From: Bacteroidales bacterium
GTDB lineage: Bacteria > Bacteroidota > Bacteroidia > Bacteroidales > UBA12077
Assembly: GCA_028282585.1 (NCBI GenBank)
Contig: JANQHR010000028.1
Span: forward strand, 13,957-77,956
Reading direction: 5' to 3'
DNA length: 64,000 nucleotides
In this document: in pieces, positions 36,594-44,961 of the stretch
Layout: each line of letters starts with the position of its first letter
How positions within the stretch are numbered: the stretch's first letter is position 1
Notes under the pieces: model-generated
The model's database searches: none
Told to the model about the DNA's origin: nothing
What the model saw: only the letters and a program-made list of their open reading frames with translations
Position numbers and translations under genes: made by a program

Positions 36594-36610
36594 TGTAGCA
36601 AAATGCTACA
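36594..36610. promoter_or_regulatory. Perfect 17-bp palindrome TGTAGC-N5-GCTACA (plus an extra GCTACA half-site at 36627-36632); candidate operator of RR2
   Basis: The geometry matches the TGTAAC-N5-GTTACA sites of module 1, with one base changed per half-site. It lies in the divergent RR2/permease-2 spacer. Confidence 0.55.
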
Positions 36611-36696
36611 CTTAGATAATCGAATTGCTACATTTAACTCTTAAATGAAAACACTTAATTCTCATAAAATTCTATTATTCAATTTATTATACTTTA

Positions 36697-36711
36697 TGGC
36701 ATCACTATTGG
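36697..36711 (+). promoter_or_regulatory. Candidate promoter element TGGCATCACTATTGG, starting exactly 47 nt upstream of the permease-2 ATG
   Basis: The spacing is canonical for sigma-54 (GG-N10-G), but the -12 reads TTGG rather than TTGC. Alternatively it overlaps the -33 region of a sigmaA-type promoter with a -7-like TAAATTTT. Confidence 0.35.
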
Positions 36712-36743
36712 TTAATAGTTTCAAAACCATTAAATTTTAATTT

Positions 36744-39155
36744 ATGTTTTGGAATCATTTTAAAATAAGCTTTAGAAAAATAATTAATGACAAAATTTTT
36801 TCTATTATAAAGATACTTGGCCTGGCAATTAGTATTGCGTGCAGTATACTTATATTCCAATGGGTAAGCAATGAACTTAGTTATGATAAATTTCATCCCG
36901 GTTATGAAAGAATTTACAGAGTGGTTGAAAGTATAGGCAGGGGGTCAAAAACAACCATGTATGCTCCTATTTGCGGACCGGCTGGTGCTGCAATAAAAGA
37001 AAAGTATCCTCAAGTAAAATACTCTGCCAGAACTTATGTAAGGGGAAATTGGTTATTTAAATACCAGGACAAATCATTTTATGAAAATAAAATGATAATA
37101 TCCGAACCTGATTTACTGAAAATATTTAAAATACCTTTAATTAAAGGCAATCCTGATGACGCTTTGGTAAAACCTAATACATTATTAATTACTGAAAGTA
37201 CTGTAAAGAAATACTTCGGGAATGAGGATCCTATAGGGAAAGTAATGAAAATTAATACAAATGAATATGAAATAACAGGAATCATTAAAGATAGTTACGA
37301 TAATTCCATTTTAGAATATGATTTTATTGCTTCATTGTCTACATGGAAAGATTGGGACCAACTCAATAATTGGTACAATACAATGTTTTTTACTTATATC
37401 AAACTTCTGCCCGATATAGATTTTGCAGCATTCGAAAAAGATATTGATACATTAGCATATCACTATATTGCTGATGATTTGAAAGAAAACGGTTATAATA
37501 TTAATTTTAAATTAGAACCAATTGCAGACGTACATTTAAATGAACCTTTACGATTAGATAAAAATACTCACGGTAATAAAATTTATATATACATATTCTC
37601 TATTATTGGAATATTTATTTTGATAATTGGAAGTGTAAACTTCATGAACCTTTCCACTTCTAAGAACATTAATAACTTTAAAGAAATAGCTATAAGAAAA
37701 ATAGTCGGCGGAACCAGAAAGTTTATTATTTCTCAGTTTCTCATCGAATCTGTAATATTAAGTTTCATTGCGCTTAATATTGCACTATATACTGTCGAGT
37801 TAATTCAAACCGCATTTAATAATCTTGTAGGAAAGGATTTAAATATAGAGTATTTTAGTAATTGGTGGATATTACCAGGCTTAATTATTTTCGGAATATT
37901 ATTAGGGATTTTATCAGGACTTTATCCCTCGATATATTTATCTATTGTGAAACCAGTTGACATTTTTAGAAATGAAAAAAGTAGAAATTCGATTAACTCG
38001 TATGTTCGAAAAGGACTAGTAATTATACAATTCGCAATATCAATTACATTAATTATTGCTTCATTCATTATTTATTTACAGGTAGATTATATGAAAAATC
38101 GTAATCTTGGTTTTAATAAATCAAATAAAGTTGTTTTACCGGTAAGAGGCGGAATTGATATAGAGCAAAATTATGAAGAGGTTAAAAGCGAATTTCTTTC
38201 TAACTCAAACATTACTAACGCCTCTGTATCTTCAAGTTCAATTGGGAATGATGTTAATAATTATGCGGCATCTTTGGACAATGAAAATGACAACAAATCT
38301 CAATCCATGTATTACATGCATATTGATGATAATTTTATTAAACAATTCGATATAGAGTTAATTGCCGGAAGAAACTTTAATAAAAATATAGTATCTGATA
38401 TTTCTTCATGGGATAACAGGGAAAATGGGTCCTTTATTTTAAACGAAGCTTCAGTTGAATCGTTTGGATGGTCTTCACCCGAAGAAGCAATTGGACAAGA
38501 GATTATTACAGGATTAGGTGGTCGTAAATTAAAGGTGGTAGGCGTGGTTAAGAACTTCCACTTTATGGGACTACAGAATAAAATTGAGCCTCTCATACTA
38601 GAGTTTTTTCCTGACCAGTTTAGAACTATAAATTTGAGTATTAATGAAGTCGATATTAAATCTTCTTTAAAGTTTATTGAAAATAAATGGAATGAACTTT
38701 ATCCTGAAAATCCTTTTGTATATTACTTTATTGATGAAGACTTTAACAGACATTATATTGAAGAAGTAAAAGCTGGTAAGCTTGTTAGCCTATTTACAGC
38801 TTTTGGAATATTTGTAGCTTGTTTAGGGTTATATGGACTAACTTTATATTCTGCAGAACAAAGAACCAAAGAAATTGGAATAAAAAAGGCATTGGGAGCT
38901 TCGGTGTATACTATTGTAATGAATATGTCAACTGGGTTTATATGGCTTGTAGTTTTATCAAATATTATAGCATGGCCATTAGTTTATTATTTCATGAATA
39001 AATGGCTGTCAAATTTCTCTTATAAAATTGATATGCCATATTGGATTTACGTTATATCTGGTTTATTAACTTTAATAATAGCCCAATTAACGATTAGTTT
39101 ACATGCAGTTATTGCTGCCAATAAAAATCCAGTTGAAGCTCTAAGGTATGAGTAA
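36744..39155 (+). CDS. MacB/FtsX-type ABC transporter permease, double-module (paralog 2); no ATPase gene adjacent
   Basis: 803 aa with the same architecture as 22450-24819. The C-terminus is ANKNPVEALRYE. Confidence 0.8.
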   Translation: MFWNHFKISFRKIINDKIFSIIKILGLAISIACSILIFQWVSNELSYDKFHPGYERIYRVVESIGRGSKTTMYAPICGPAGAAIKEKYPQVKYSARTYVRGNWLFKYQDKSFYENKMIISEPDLLKIFKIPLIKGNPDDALVKPNTLLITESTVKKYFGNEDPIGKVMKINTNEYEITGIIKDSYDNSILEYDFIASLSTWKDWDQLNNWYNTMFFTYIKLLPDIDFAAFEKDIDTLAYHYIADDLKENGYNINFKLEPIADVHLNEPLRLDKNTHGNKIYIYIFSIIGIFILIIGSVNFMNLSTSKNINNFKEIAIRKIVGGTRKFIISQFLIESVILSFIALNIALYTVELIQTAFNNLVGKDLNIEYFSNWWILPGLIIFGILLGILSGLYPSIYLSIVKPVDIFRNEKSRNSINSYVRKGLVIIQFAISITLIIASFIIYLQVDYMKNRNLGFNKSNKVVLPVRGGIDIEQNYEEVKSEFLSNSNITNASVSSSSIGNDVNNYAASLDNENDNKSQSMYYMHIDDNFIKQFDIELIAGRNFNKNIVSDISSWDNRENGSFILNEASVESFGWSSPEEAIGQEIITGLGGRKLKVVGVVKNFHFMGLQNKIEPLILEFFPDQFRTINLSINEVDIKSSLKFIENKWNELYPENPFVYYFIDEDFNRHYIEEVKAGKLVSLFTAFGIFVACLGLYGLTLYSAEQRTKEIGIKKALGASVYTIVMNMSTGFIWLVVLSNIIAWPLVYYFMNKWLSNFSYKIDMPYWIYVISGLLTLIIAQLTISLHAVIAANKNPVEALRYE

Positions 39156-39156
39156 T

Positions 39157-39188
39157 AAAAAAGGGTTGATTAATTTCAACCCTTTTCA
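39157..39188. terminator. Bidirectional intrinsic terminator between the convergent permease-2 and AOR-1 genes
   Basis: The stem is aagggttga/tcaaccctt with a 6-nt loop. An A-run lies before it and a T-run after it. Confidence 0.75.
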
Positions 39189-39206
39189 AATTTCATTTAT
39201 ATGATC

Positions 39207-41360
39207 TTATTGAAGATCTTTTACAGTTTCAACCAATTCAGGAAGATCCATTCCTAAATCTTTTAAGTGCTCAACTTTTGGAACACCATTTGAAGTCCAA
39301 CCACGACGCTTGTAAACTGCATCTAATAGTTTTTCGTATTGATCTTCTCTGTGTTTTCTTGTGGCATCCATTTTTTCTTCGATAGACATATTCACAGGAT
39401 CAACCCCGATGATCTCTTTTAATTGTTTATCGTAATGTTCTGCTTTTGATTCGTATTCAGCAGTTGTAACAGGACCTGCTGCACGATACGGTTGAGCATC
39501 GTCTTTACGTAAACCGTAACCACGACGGATATTGAATATACGTTGGAAGTTATAAACTCTTTCCGATTGACGAATCATTTCGTGCTTATCAAAATCTAAG
39601 CCCGTAACAGCTTTGAAAACAGTCACATAATTATCAACATGCTCAGGTACTTTAGCCGGCTCATCAGTTTCTGCATTGTTTTCCGGCTCAACATCGTTCC
39701 AAGGAAGTTTACATAACCCAACTAAACCAAACCAGGTACGGAACATTGGGAAATAATGTAATGCTTCAGCCTTATCCTCGAATGTCGGAATTTGGTTATT
39801 TACCATATCCATGAAAATTAACCAGGCCTCATCATGTTGTGGTCCTTTGTTTGTCATTGCATAACCACCTTGCTGAGCTAATGATTCTTTAGAAACGTAC
39901 TGAGAATATTCTAAACCCTTATTCTCCATACCTATATCTTTCATAAAATTAGCATCTCCCCAGCCTTTTTCAGCAAACATTTCTTTCATTTTACGAACAC
40001 CTTGACCAGCTGTTAAGCCAAAACCTTCGCCACGGCCCATTTGGTGTAAAACTTCCATTGCAGCATCCGCATTACCAAAGTTTAATTTTAAACCACCGGT
40101 TCTTTCCTCGTTCAAGATACCATTTTCATAACATTCCATTACAAAACCCATGATTGTACCATAAGTAATGGTACAAATACCATAAGTATCGCAGTAGAAG
40201 TTAGATTCGATAGTAAAATCAGGATTAAATATACCCATGATCGAACCATTCGATGAAGTTGTTTCATACTCAGGCCCATCCACGATAACTTTATCCCCTG
40301 CATAAGGTCCGGTCCTTAATTCATAATTATCTACACCCTTAGCACATGACATATTACAGCCAATCCAACAACCATCAGGTACACCTTGGGTAAAATATGA
40401 TTTCCACACATCTCCATGAATCTTGTCAGCATCTTTATGATGTCCGTACTGAAAGTTATTTACCGGTAATAAGTCATAGTCATTCATGATGTTAGTAAGG
40501 TGAGCAGTACCTTTACTTTTCATTTCACATTGTTGGTCATCAAGCTCACGCATTTCTTTGTTGAATCTCTTACCACGTTCCATGATAGAGCTCATATCAA
40601 CAACATTGTTTAAGTTGCCTTTTACTCCAGGAATCTTACAAACCAATGCTTTGATTTTTTTGTCTCTGAAAACAGATCCGATACCACCACGACCTGCTTG
40701 CTTTAAGCGAACAAGTTTACGTTTGTTATCCCAGAAAGTGAAGTTTAACATACCGATTAAGGTATGGTCAGCAGCTGTACCAGCCGAAACAACAGAAACA
40801 TTTTTTCTGTCTTTTTCATCATCTGAGTACATTTCATGTAATACTTCACCTAAAACATGACTATCAATTGGCTCCTCCGGAGCTTCTAATATTTCAACTT
40901 TACCGTTTACACCATCAAGAAAAACAATAACTTCTTTATCAGCCTTACCTTGAATTTCAACAGCATCAAATCCGGCAAACTTTGAGAATGGGCCGAAGAA
41001 ACCGCCTACATTTGAATCCATTACAGAATCAGTTTGCGGAGATATAGATACTACTAAGGCTTTACCAGTCCCTGAATATTGAGTAATACCACAAATTGGC
41101 CCACCTGCAATTATAATTTCGTTTTCAGGATCATTCCATTTTGTTTCTTTAGTTGTTGCATCCCATAAAAGTCTTAAACCATATCCTTTACCCCCAATGA
41201 ATTTTTCTTTCATTTGTTGAGATACAGCTTTTTCTTTAATTTCATTTGATCCAACGTTTACATATAACGTACGGTCATTATAACCCTTCTCAATAGGGCG
41301 AAGCTCATATTTCCACTCTGTAATAAGCTTATGAGCCGCTTTCATTTTTTGAATATCCAT
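39207..41360 (-). CDS. aor: Aldehyde:ferredoxin oxidoreductase family (tungsto-/molybdo-pyranopterin, 4Fe-4S) enzyme, long ~717-aa form, paralog 1
   Basis: The N-terminal AOR domain carries ...GGKGYGLRLLWD.... Other motifs are the cluster motif CWIGCNMSCAKG, the pterin motifs DGPEYET and CDTYGIC, FGLVGLCK, and the C-terminal ...RRGWTSNGVP.... Confidence 0.85.
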   Translation of the reverse strand: MDIQKMKAAHKLITEWKYELRPIEKGYNDRTLYVNVGSNEIKEKAVSQQMKEKFIGGKGYGLRLLWDATTKETKWNDPENEIIIAGGPICGITQYSGTGKALVVSISPQTDSVMDSNVGGFFGPFSKFAGFDAVEIQGKADKEVIVFLDGVNGKVEILEAPEEPIDSHVLGEVLHEMYSDDEKDRKNVSVVSAGTAADHTLIGMLNFTFWDNKRKLVRLKQAGRGGIGSVFRDKKIKALVCKIPGVKGNLNNVVDMSSIMERGKRFNKEMRELDDQQCEMKSKGTAHLTNIMNDYDLLPVNNFQYGHHKDADKIHGDVWKSYFTQGVPDGCWIGCNMSCAKGVDNYELRTGPYAGDKVIVDGPEYETTSSNGSIMGIFNPDFTIESNFYCDTYGICTITYGTIMGFVMECYENGILNEERTGGLKLNFGNADAAMEVLHQMGRGEGFGLTAGQGVRKMKEMFAEKGWGDANFMKDIGMENKGLEYSQYVSKESLAQQGGYAMTNKGPQHDEAWLIFMDMVNNQIPTFEDKAEALHYFPMFRTWFGLVGLCKLPWNDVEPENNAETDEPAKVPEHVDNYVTVFKAVTGLDFDKHEMIRQSERVYNFQRIFNIRRGYGLRKDDAQPYRAAGPVTTAEYESKAEHYDKQLKEIIGVDPVNMSIEEKMDATRKHREDQYEKLLDAVYKRRGWTSNGVPKVEHLKDLGMDLPELVETVKDLQ

Positions 41361-41430
41361 ATCTAATTTTCCTTTTAGTTTATTTCTTCAATTGCTTTTC
41401 AAAATTATAAAATTACATTCTGCGTTGAAA

Positions 41431-41472
41431 GTATAATATGACTTAAATCAATATGTTATATTGTGCATATCG
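41431..41472 (-). promoter_or_regulatory. Conserved 42-nt upstream element of AOR-1 (38/42 identical to 44813-44854); candidate activator/operator site adjoining the core promoter
   Basis: The sense strand reads CGATATGCACAATATAACATATTGATTTAAGTCATATTATAC and contains the inverted repeat CAATAT-N3-ATATTG. It ends 70 nt upstream of the ATG. A -7-type box TAATTTTG lies at 41400-41407. Confidence 0.6.
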
Positions 41473-41482
41473 CTTATTTTGT

Positions 41483-41513
41483 AAAAAAGCGCTCTTTTAT
41501 TACAATAAGAGCC
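41483..41513 (-). terminator. Rho-independent terminator ending the thiF-thiS-like transcription unit, upstream of the AOR-1 promoter
   Basis: On the minus strand, GCTCTT-N10-AAGAGC is followed by GCTTTTTT. Confidence 0.7.
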
Positions 41514-41751
41514 TAAAATTGTCCAGATTTCAAAGGAATGACAAGTGATGAAGATTTAATAGTATAAATGCAATATTATTATAAAAGAAGAAGTTAAAGC
41601 TCAAGGAAATATCTGAACTACCAACCTCCTACTTTTAGTTTTTTATGATTGATATAATAATCAATGTATTATTTTTCCCTGTATTTTCTGGTAACAACAA
41701 CTTTTTCCTTAATTGATCTGCATACCCTATCGATACTCCTTCTCATGAAGA

Positions 41752-41955
41752 TTACCCACCTGCAAGAAGGTGTAAAACAACAACAATATCGTTTTCATTT
41801 AAGATTGTGGAATCATATTCGTGTGGCTCCACAATTTTATTATTAACCTTAACGATAATCTTTTTGTATGTAAAATTCTTGATTTTCATTAACTCCCCCA
41901 TTGTCATGCTTGTGCATTCAAATGATTCAGGTCTATTATTTAAAGTAATCTTCAT
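41752..41955 (-). CDS. ThiS/MoaD-like beta-grasp sulfur-carrier/Ubl protein ending in GG (copy A)
   Basis: 67 aa, MKITLNNRPE...VVVLHLLAGG. It starts 10 nt after the ThiF-like gene. No thiamine genes are nearby. Confidence 0.75.
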   Translation of the reverse strand: MKITLNNRPESFECTSMTMGELMKIKNFTYKKIIVKVNNKIVEPHEYDSTILNENDIVVVLHLLAGG

Positions 41956-41964
41956 TTTACAAAT

Positions 41965-42543
41965 TTATTTTAACAAGATTTCTAAAGCAACATTTGCCTG
42001 CATATTTGAAACAATTCCAATACGTGGAGCCAATGGTGGATTTTCATCCGAAACTTCTGATACTTGATCTCCACAAATTATTAAATTATCGTACCTGGTT
42101 TCTTTGAGAGAATTATTTTGCCCCCAACCCGACATTCCTATACCCATAATGAGCGTTTTATCAGGAAAGAACTTGCTCATTGCACGAACAATCATTTCTT
42201 TTGATTCCGGTCTATCAAATGCTTCAATTACTAAATCACATTCCTTGAATAATTCTTCAAAATTTGATTCGTTAATAAAAACATTATGACTAATTACTTC
42301 AATATCTTTATTTATTCTTCCAATATTCTCTTTTAAAGTATCTGATTTTACTTTACCAATCTGATCCCAAAAATAATATTGTCTGTTCAAATTAGATTCT
42401 TCGATTTTATCAAAGTCGGCAATTATTAATTTACCGGTTCCTACCCTTGCTAATGCAACTGCACAATTAGAACCCAAACCTCCACAGCCTGCAATTCCTA
42501 CAGTTTTTGTTTTTAGTTTCTCTTTAATTTCCTGAAAATTCAT
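41965..42543 (-). CDS. Short ThiF/MoeB/HesA-family E1-like adenylyltransferase (adenylation domain only, 'ThiF family 2' type), copy A
   Basis: 192 aa with VGIAGCGGLGSNCAVALARVG, the FD..E.SNLNRQ motif and ..PPLAPRIG. It has no CxxC zinc motifs and no rhodanese domain. Confidence 0.8.
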   Translation of the reverse strand: MNFQEIKEKLKTKTVGIAGCGGLGSNCAVALARVGTGKLIIADFDKIEESNLNRQYYFWDQIGKVKSDTLKENIGRINKDIEVISHNVFINESNFEELFKECDLVIEAFDRPESKEMIVRAMSKFFPDKTLIMGIGMSGWGQNNSLKETRYDNLIICGDQVSEVSDENPPLAPRIGIVSNMQANVALEILLK

Positions 42544-42552
42544 AACGAGAAG

Positions 42553-42580
42553 TAAAAAAAGCCCTTTTTACAGGGCTTTT
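42553..42580 (-). terminator. Intrinsic terminator between AOR-2 and the ThiF-like gene
   Basis: On the minus strand, the 9-bp stem AAAAGCCCT/AGGGCTTTT with a 6-nt loop is followed by a run of 7 T. It ends only ~10 nt before the thiF-like ATG. Confidence 0.7.
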
Positions 42581-42586
42581 GAGTTG

Positions 42587-44743
42587 TTATTGTAAAGGCT
42601 TAATTATTTCAATTAGTTCCGGAAGATCCATTCCAATTTCTTTTAGGTGTTCTATTTTTGGAACTCCATTGTTGGTCCAGCCTCTTCTTTCATAAACGGC
42701 ATCAAGCAATTTTTCATACTGTTCTTCTCTGTATTTTCTTGTAATTGCAACTTTTTCCTCAGTTGATTTACCTTTTGGATCAACTCCAATGATATCTTTC
42801 ATTTGACCATCGTAACGTTCTGCTCTCGATTCGTACTCTTCATTAGTTACAGGTCCTGCAGCACGATACGGTTGAGCATCATGTTTACGTAAACCATAAC
42901 CACGACGGATATTAAAAATACGTTGGAAGTTATAAACTCGTTCAGACTGACGGATTAAACCAGCTTCGTTAAGTGGATTACCAGTAACACCTTCGTAAAC
43001 TGCCAGGTAGTTTCTTAAGTGCTTAGGTATTTTATGAGGTTCTTCTTCAAACTTATTGTCTTCAGGAGTAACATCATTCCATACGATTTTACATAATCCT
43101 TGCAACCCAAACCATGTTCTGAACATTGGGAACCAGTGAAGCGCATCGGCTTTATTTTCAAATGTAGGAATTTGATTATTTACCATATCCATAAAGATAA
43201 GCCATGCTTCATCATGCTGTGGCCCTTTGTTTGTCATTGCATAACCACCCTGTTGAGCAAGCGATTCTTTAGAAACATATTGAGAGTACTCAAGTCCTTT
43301 ATTTTCCATACCAATATCATTTAAGAAATCAGCATCTGCACCATACTCTTCAATGAAAAGTTTCTTCATTTGACGAACACCTGTTCCGGCTACTTTACCA
43401 AACCCTTCCCCTCTTGCAAGTTGATGTAATAATTCTAATGAAGCTTCAACATTACCAAAGTTAAGTTCTAGTCCGCCAGTAATTTCTTTATTGATAATTC
43501 CGTTTTCGTAACATTCCATTATAAAGGCAACAATAGTTCCCCATGTAATTGTACAAATACCATAAGTATCACAATAGAAATTAGCTTCTATAATAGGATG
43601 GTAATCAAAAATACCAATGTTAGAGCCTAAACCGGCAGCTGTTTCGTATTCTGGTCCGTCAACAATCACTTTAGTTCCTTTATAAGGTCCTGTTCTTAGT
43701 TCAAATTCATCAGCTCCTTTTGCACATTGCATAGCACATCCAATCCAACATGCATCGTTAACACCTAGTGTAAACCATTTATCTCTTAGAAAATCAGAGT
43801 GGATTTTAGGAGCATCATCATGAGTTCCATATTTGAAGTTATGCGTAGGAAGCAAATCATAATCGGCCATTACGTTTACGATATTTGCTGTTCCTTTTTT
43901 CTTCATTTGATTTTGCTTATCGTCAAGATCACGCATCTCGCCAGCATAGTCACGGCCCACTTTCGTGATCATATCCATATTAGCAACATTGTTAAGATTT
44001 CCTTTTACTCCGGAAGTTCTTGCAACAATGGCTTTAATATTTTTATTACGGAAAACTGTTCCAATACCACCTCTACCTGCTTGCTTTAAACGTACCATCT
44101 TACGTTTGTTATCCCAGAATGTAAAATTAAGCATTCCGATAAGCGAGTTTTCTGCAGCAGCACCAGCAGAAACGATACCAATGTTTTTAGCGTCTTTTTC
44201 ATCTTCCGCAAATAATTCAGTAAGTTCTTCACCTAAAATGTGAGAATCAACTGCAAAACCTGGGTCATCATAAATTTCTACTTTATGATTTACACCATCA
44301 AGATATATGATGACATCTTTATCAGCTTTACCTTGTAGCTCAAGAGCATCAAAACCAGCAAACTTCATAAATGGACCGAAGAATCCACCTACATTTGAAT
44401 CCATTATAGAATCCGTTTGAGGAGAAATAGAAACTAGTAATGATTTTCCGGCACCTGAATATTGCGTAATCCCTCCAATTGGGCCGGGAGAAATGATAAT
44501 TTCATTTTCAGGATCATCCCACTTTGTATCTGGTGTTGTTGCGTCCCAAAGTAATCTTAATCCAAAACCTTTTCCTCCAACAAATTTATCTTTCATTTCC
44601 TGAGAAACCGGTTTTTCACTTACTTCTTTGCTTCCAACATTAATGTATAACGTACGATTATTATATCCTTTCTCAATCGGATGCCAATCGTAACTCCACT
44701 CTTTTAGCAGTTTTTGTTCTGCTTTAAGCTTTTGAATATCCAT
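42587..44743 (-). CDS. aor: Aldehyde:ferredoxin oxidoreductase family enzyme, long ~718-aa form, paralog 2
   Basis: It has the same motif set as paralog 1 (CWIGCAMQCAKG, DGPEYET, CDTYGIC, FGLQGLCK). By eye it is roughly three quarters identical to paralog 1. Confidence 0.85.
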   Translation of the reverse strand: MDIQKLKAEQKLLKEWSYDWHPIEKGYNNRTLYINVGSKEVSEKPVSQEMKDKFVGGKGFGLRLLWDATTPDTKWDDPENEIIISPGPIGGITQYSGAGKSLLVSISPQTDSIMDSNVGGFFGPFMKFAGFDALELQGKADKDVIIYLDGVNHKVEIYDDPGFAVDSHILGEELTELFAEDEKDAKNIGIVSAGAAAENSLIGMLNFTFWDNKRKMVRLKQAGRGGIGTVFRNKNIKAIVARTSGVKGNLNNVANMDMITKVGRDYAGEMRDLDDKQNQMKKKGTANIVNVMADYDLLPTHNFKYGTHDDAPKIHSDFLRDKWFTLGVNDACWIGCAMQCAKGADEFELRTGPYKGTKVIVDGPEYETAAGLGSNIGIFDYHPIIEANFYCDTYGICTITWGTIVAFIMECYENGIINKEITGGLELNFGNVEASLELLHQLARGEGFGKVAGTGVRQMKKLFIEEYGADADFLNDIGMENKGLEYSQYVSKESLAQQGGYAMTNKGPQHDEAWLIFMDMVNNQIPTFENKADALHWFPMFRTWFGLQGLCKIVWNDVTPEDNKFEEEPHKIPKHLRNYLAVYEGVTGNPLNEAGLIRQSERVYNFQRIFNIRRGYGLRKHDAQPYRAAGPVTNEEYESRAERYDGQMKDIIGVDPKGKSTEEKVAITRKYREEQYEKLLDAVYERRGWTNNGVPKIEHLKEIGMDLPELIEIIKPLQ

Positions 44744-44812
44744 GTTTATCTTTCTTAAAATTTATTTCGAGTTTATCATTTCAAAAATATAAAAATATAG
44801 CGCGCAAGTAAG

Positions 44813-44854
44813 GTATAAAATGACTAATATCAATATGTTATATTATGCATATCG
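44813..44854 (-). promoter_or_regulatory. Conserved 42-nt upstream element of AOR-2 (38/42 identical to 41431-41472), in the divergent spacer shared with the DUF364 operon
   Basis: The sense strand reads CGATATGCATAATATAACATATTGATATTAGTCATTTTATAC. It ends 69 nt upstream of the ATG. A -7-type box TATTTTTG lies at 44782-44789, and the opposite-strand -7 box TAAATTTG lies at 44931-44938. Confidence 0.6.
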
Positions 44855-44961
44855 AGGTAGACTAACAAACTTTATTAAACGTATTTGAATATGAGCATTT
44901 TAATATACATACTGATTTCATTTTTAATAGTAAATTTGCACTTGAATAAATACGAAAAAAC

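Noticed and set aside
22450-39155. Whether the two inverted permease/RR/HK modules could drive DNA inversion of the 6-kb segment between them.
   Set aside because: The paralogs are diverged at the nucleotide level, and I saw no long identical DNA tracts by eye, so homologous recombination between them is unlikely. No site-specific recombinase is nearby.
40558-40860. 100-aa plus-strand ORF antisense to AOR-1. A clearly similar 92-aa ORF (43965-44243) lies antisense to AOR-2. Similar paired antisense ORFs lie inside the NuoF-like genes (7848-8162; 12934-13233 and 12502-12747).
   Set aside because: Their conservation is fully explained by conservation of the sense-strand paralogs. Their composition is low-complexity (S/P/L/F-rich), which is typical of shadow frames, and no independent start context or promoter is present.
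41361-41480. Moco/Tuco-type riboswitch upstream of the AOR genes or the FDH operon.
   Set aside because: The leaders downstream of the likely -7 boxes are only about 35 nt long and extremely AT-rich. I could not see the GC-rich conserved helices such a riboswitch needs. The conserved 42-mer lies upstream of the core promoter, so it is more likely a DNA site.
41664-42067. Plus-strand ORFs 41664-41846 and 41807-42067, which overlap the thiS-like gene and its spacer.
   Set aside because: They overlap a well-supported minus-strand gene that ends in GG and is paired with ThiF. Their products are hydrophobic low-complexity strings with no recognisable motif.
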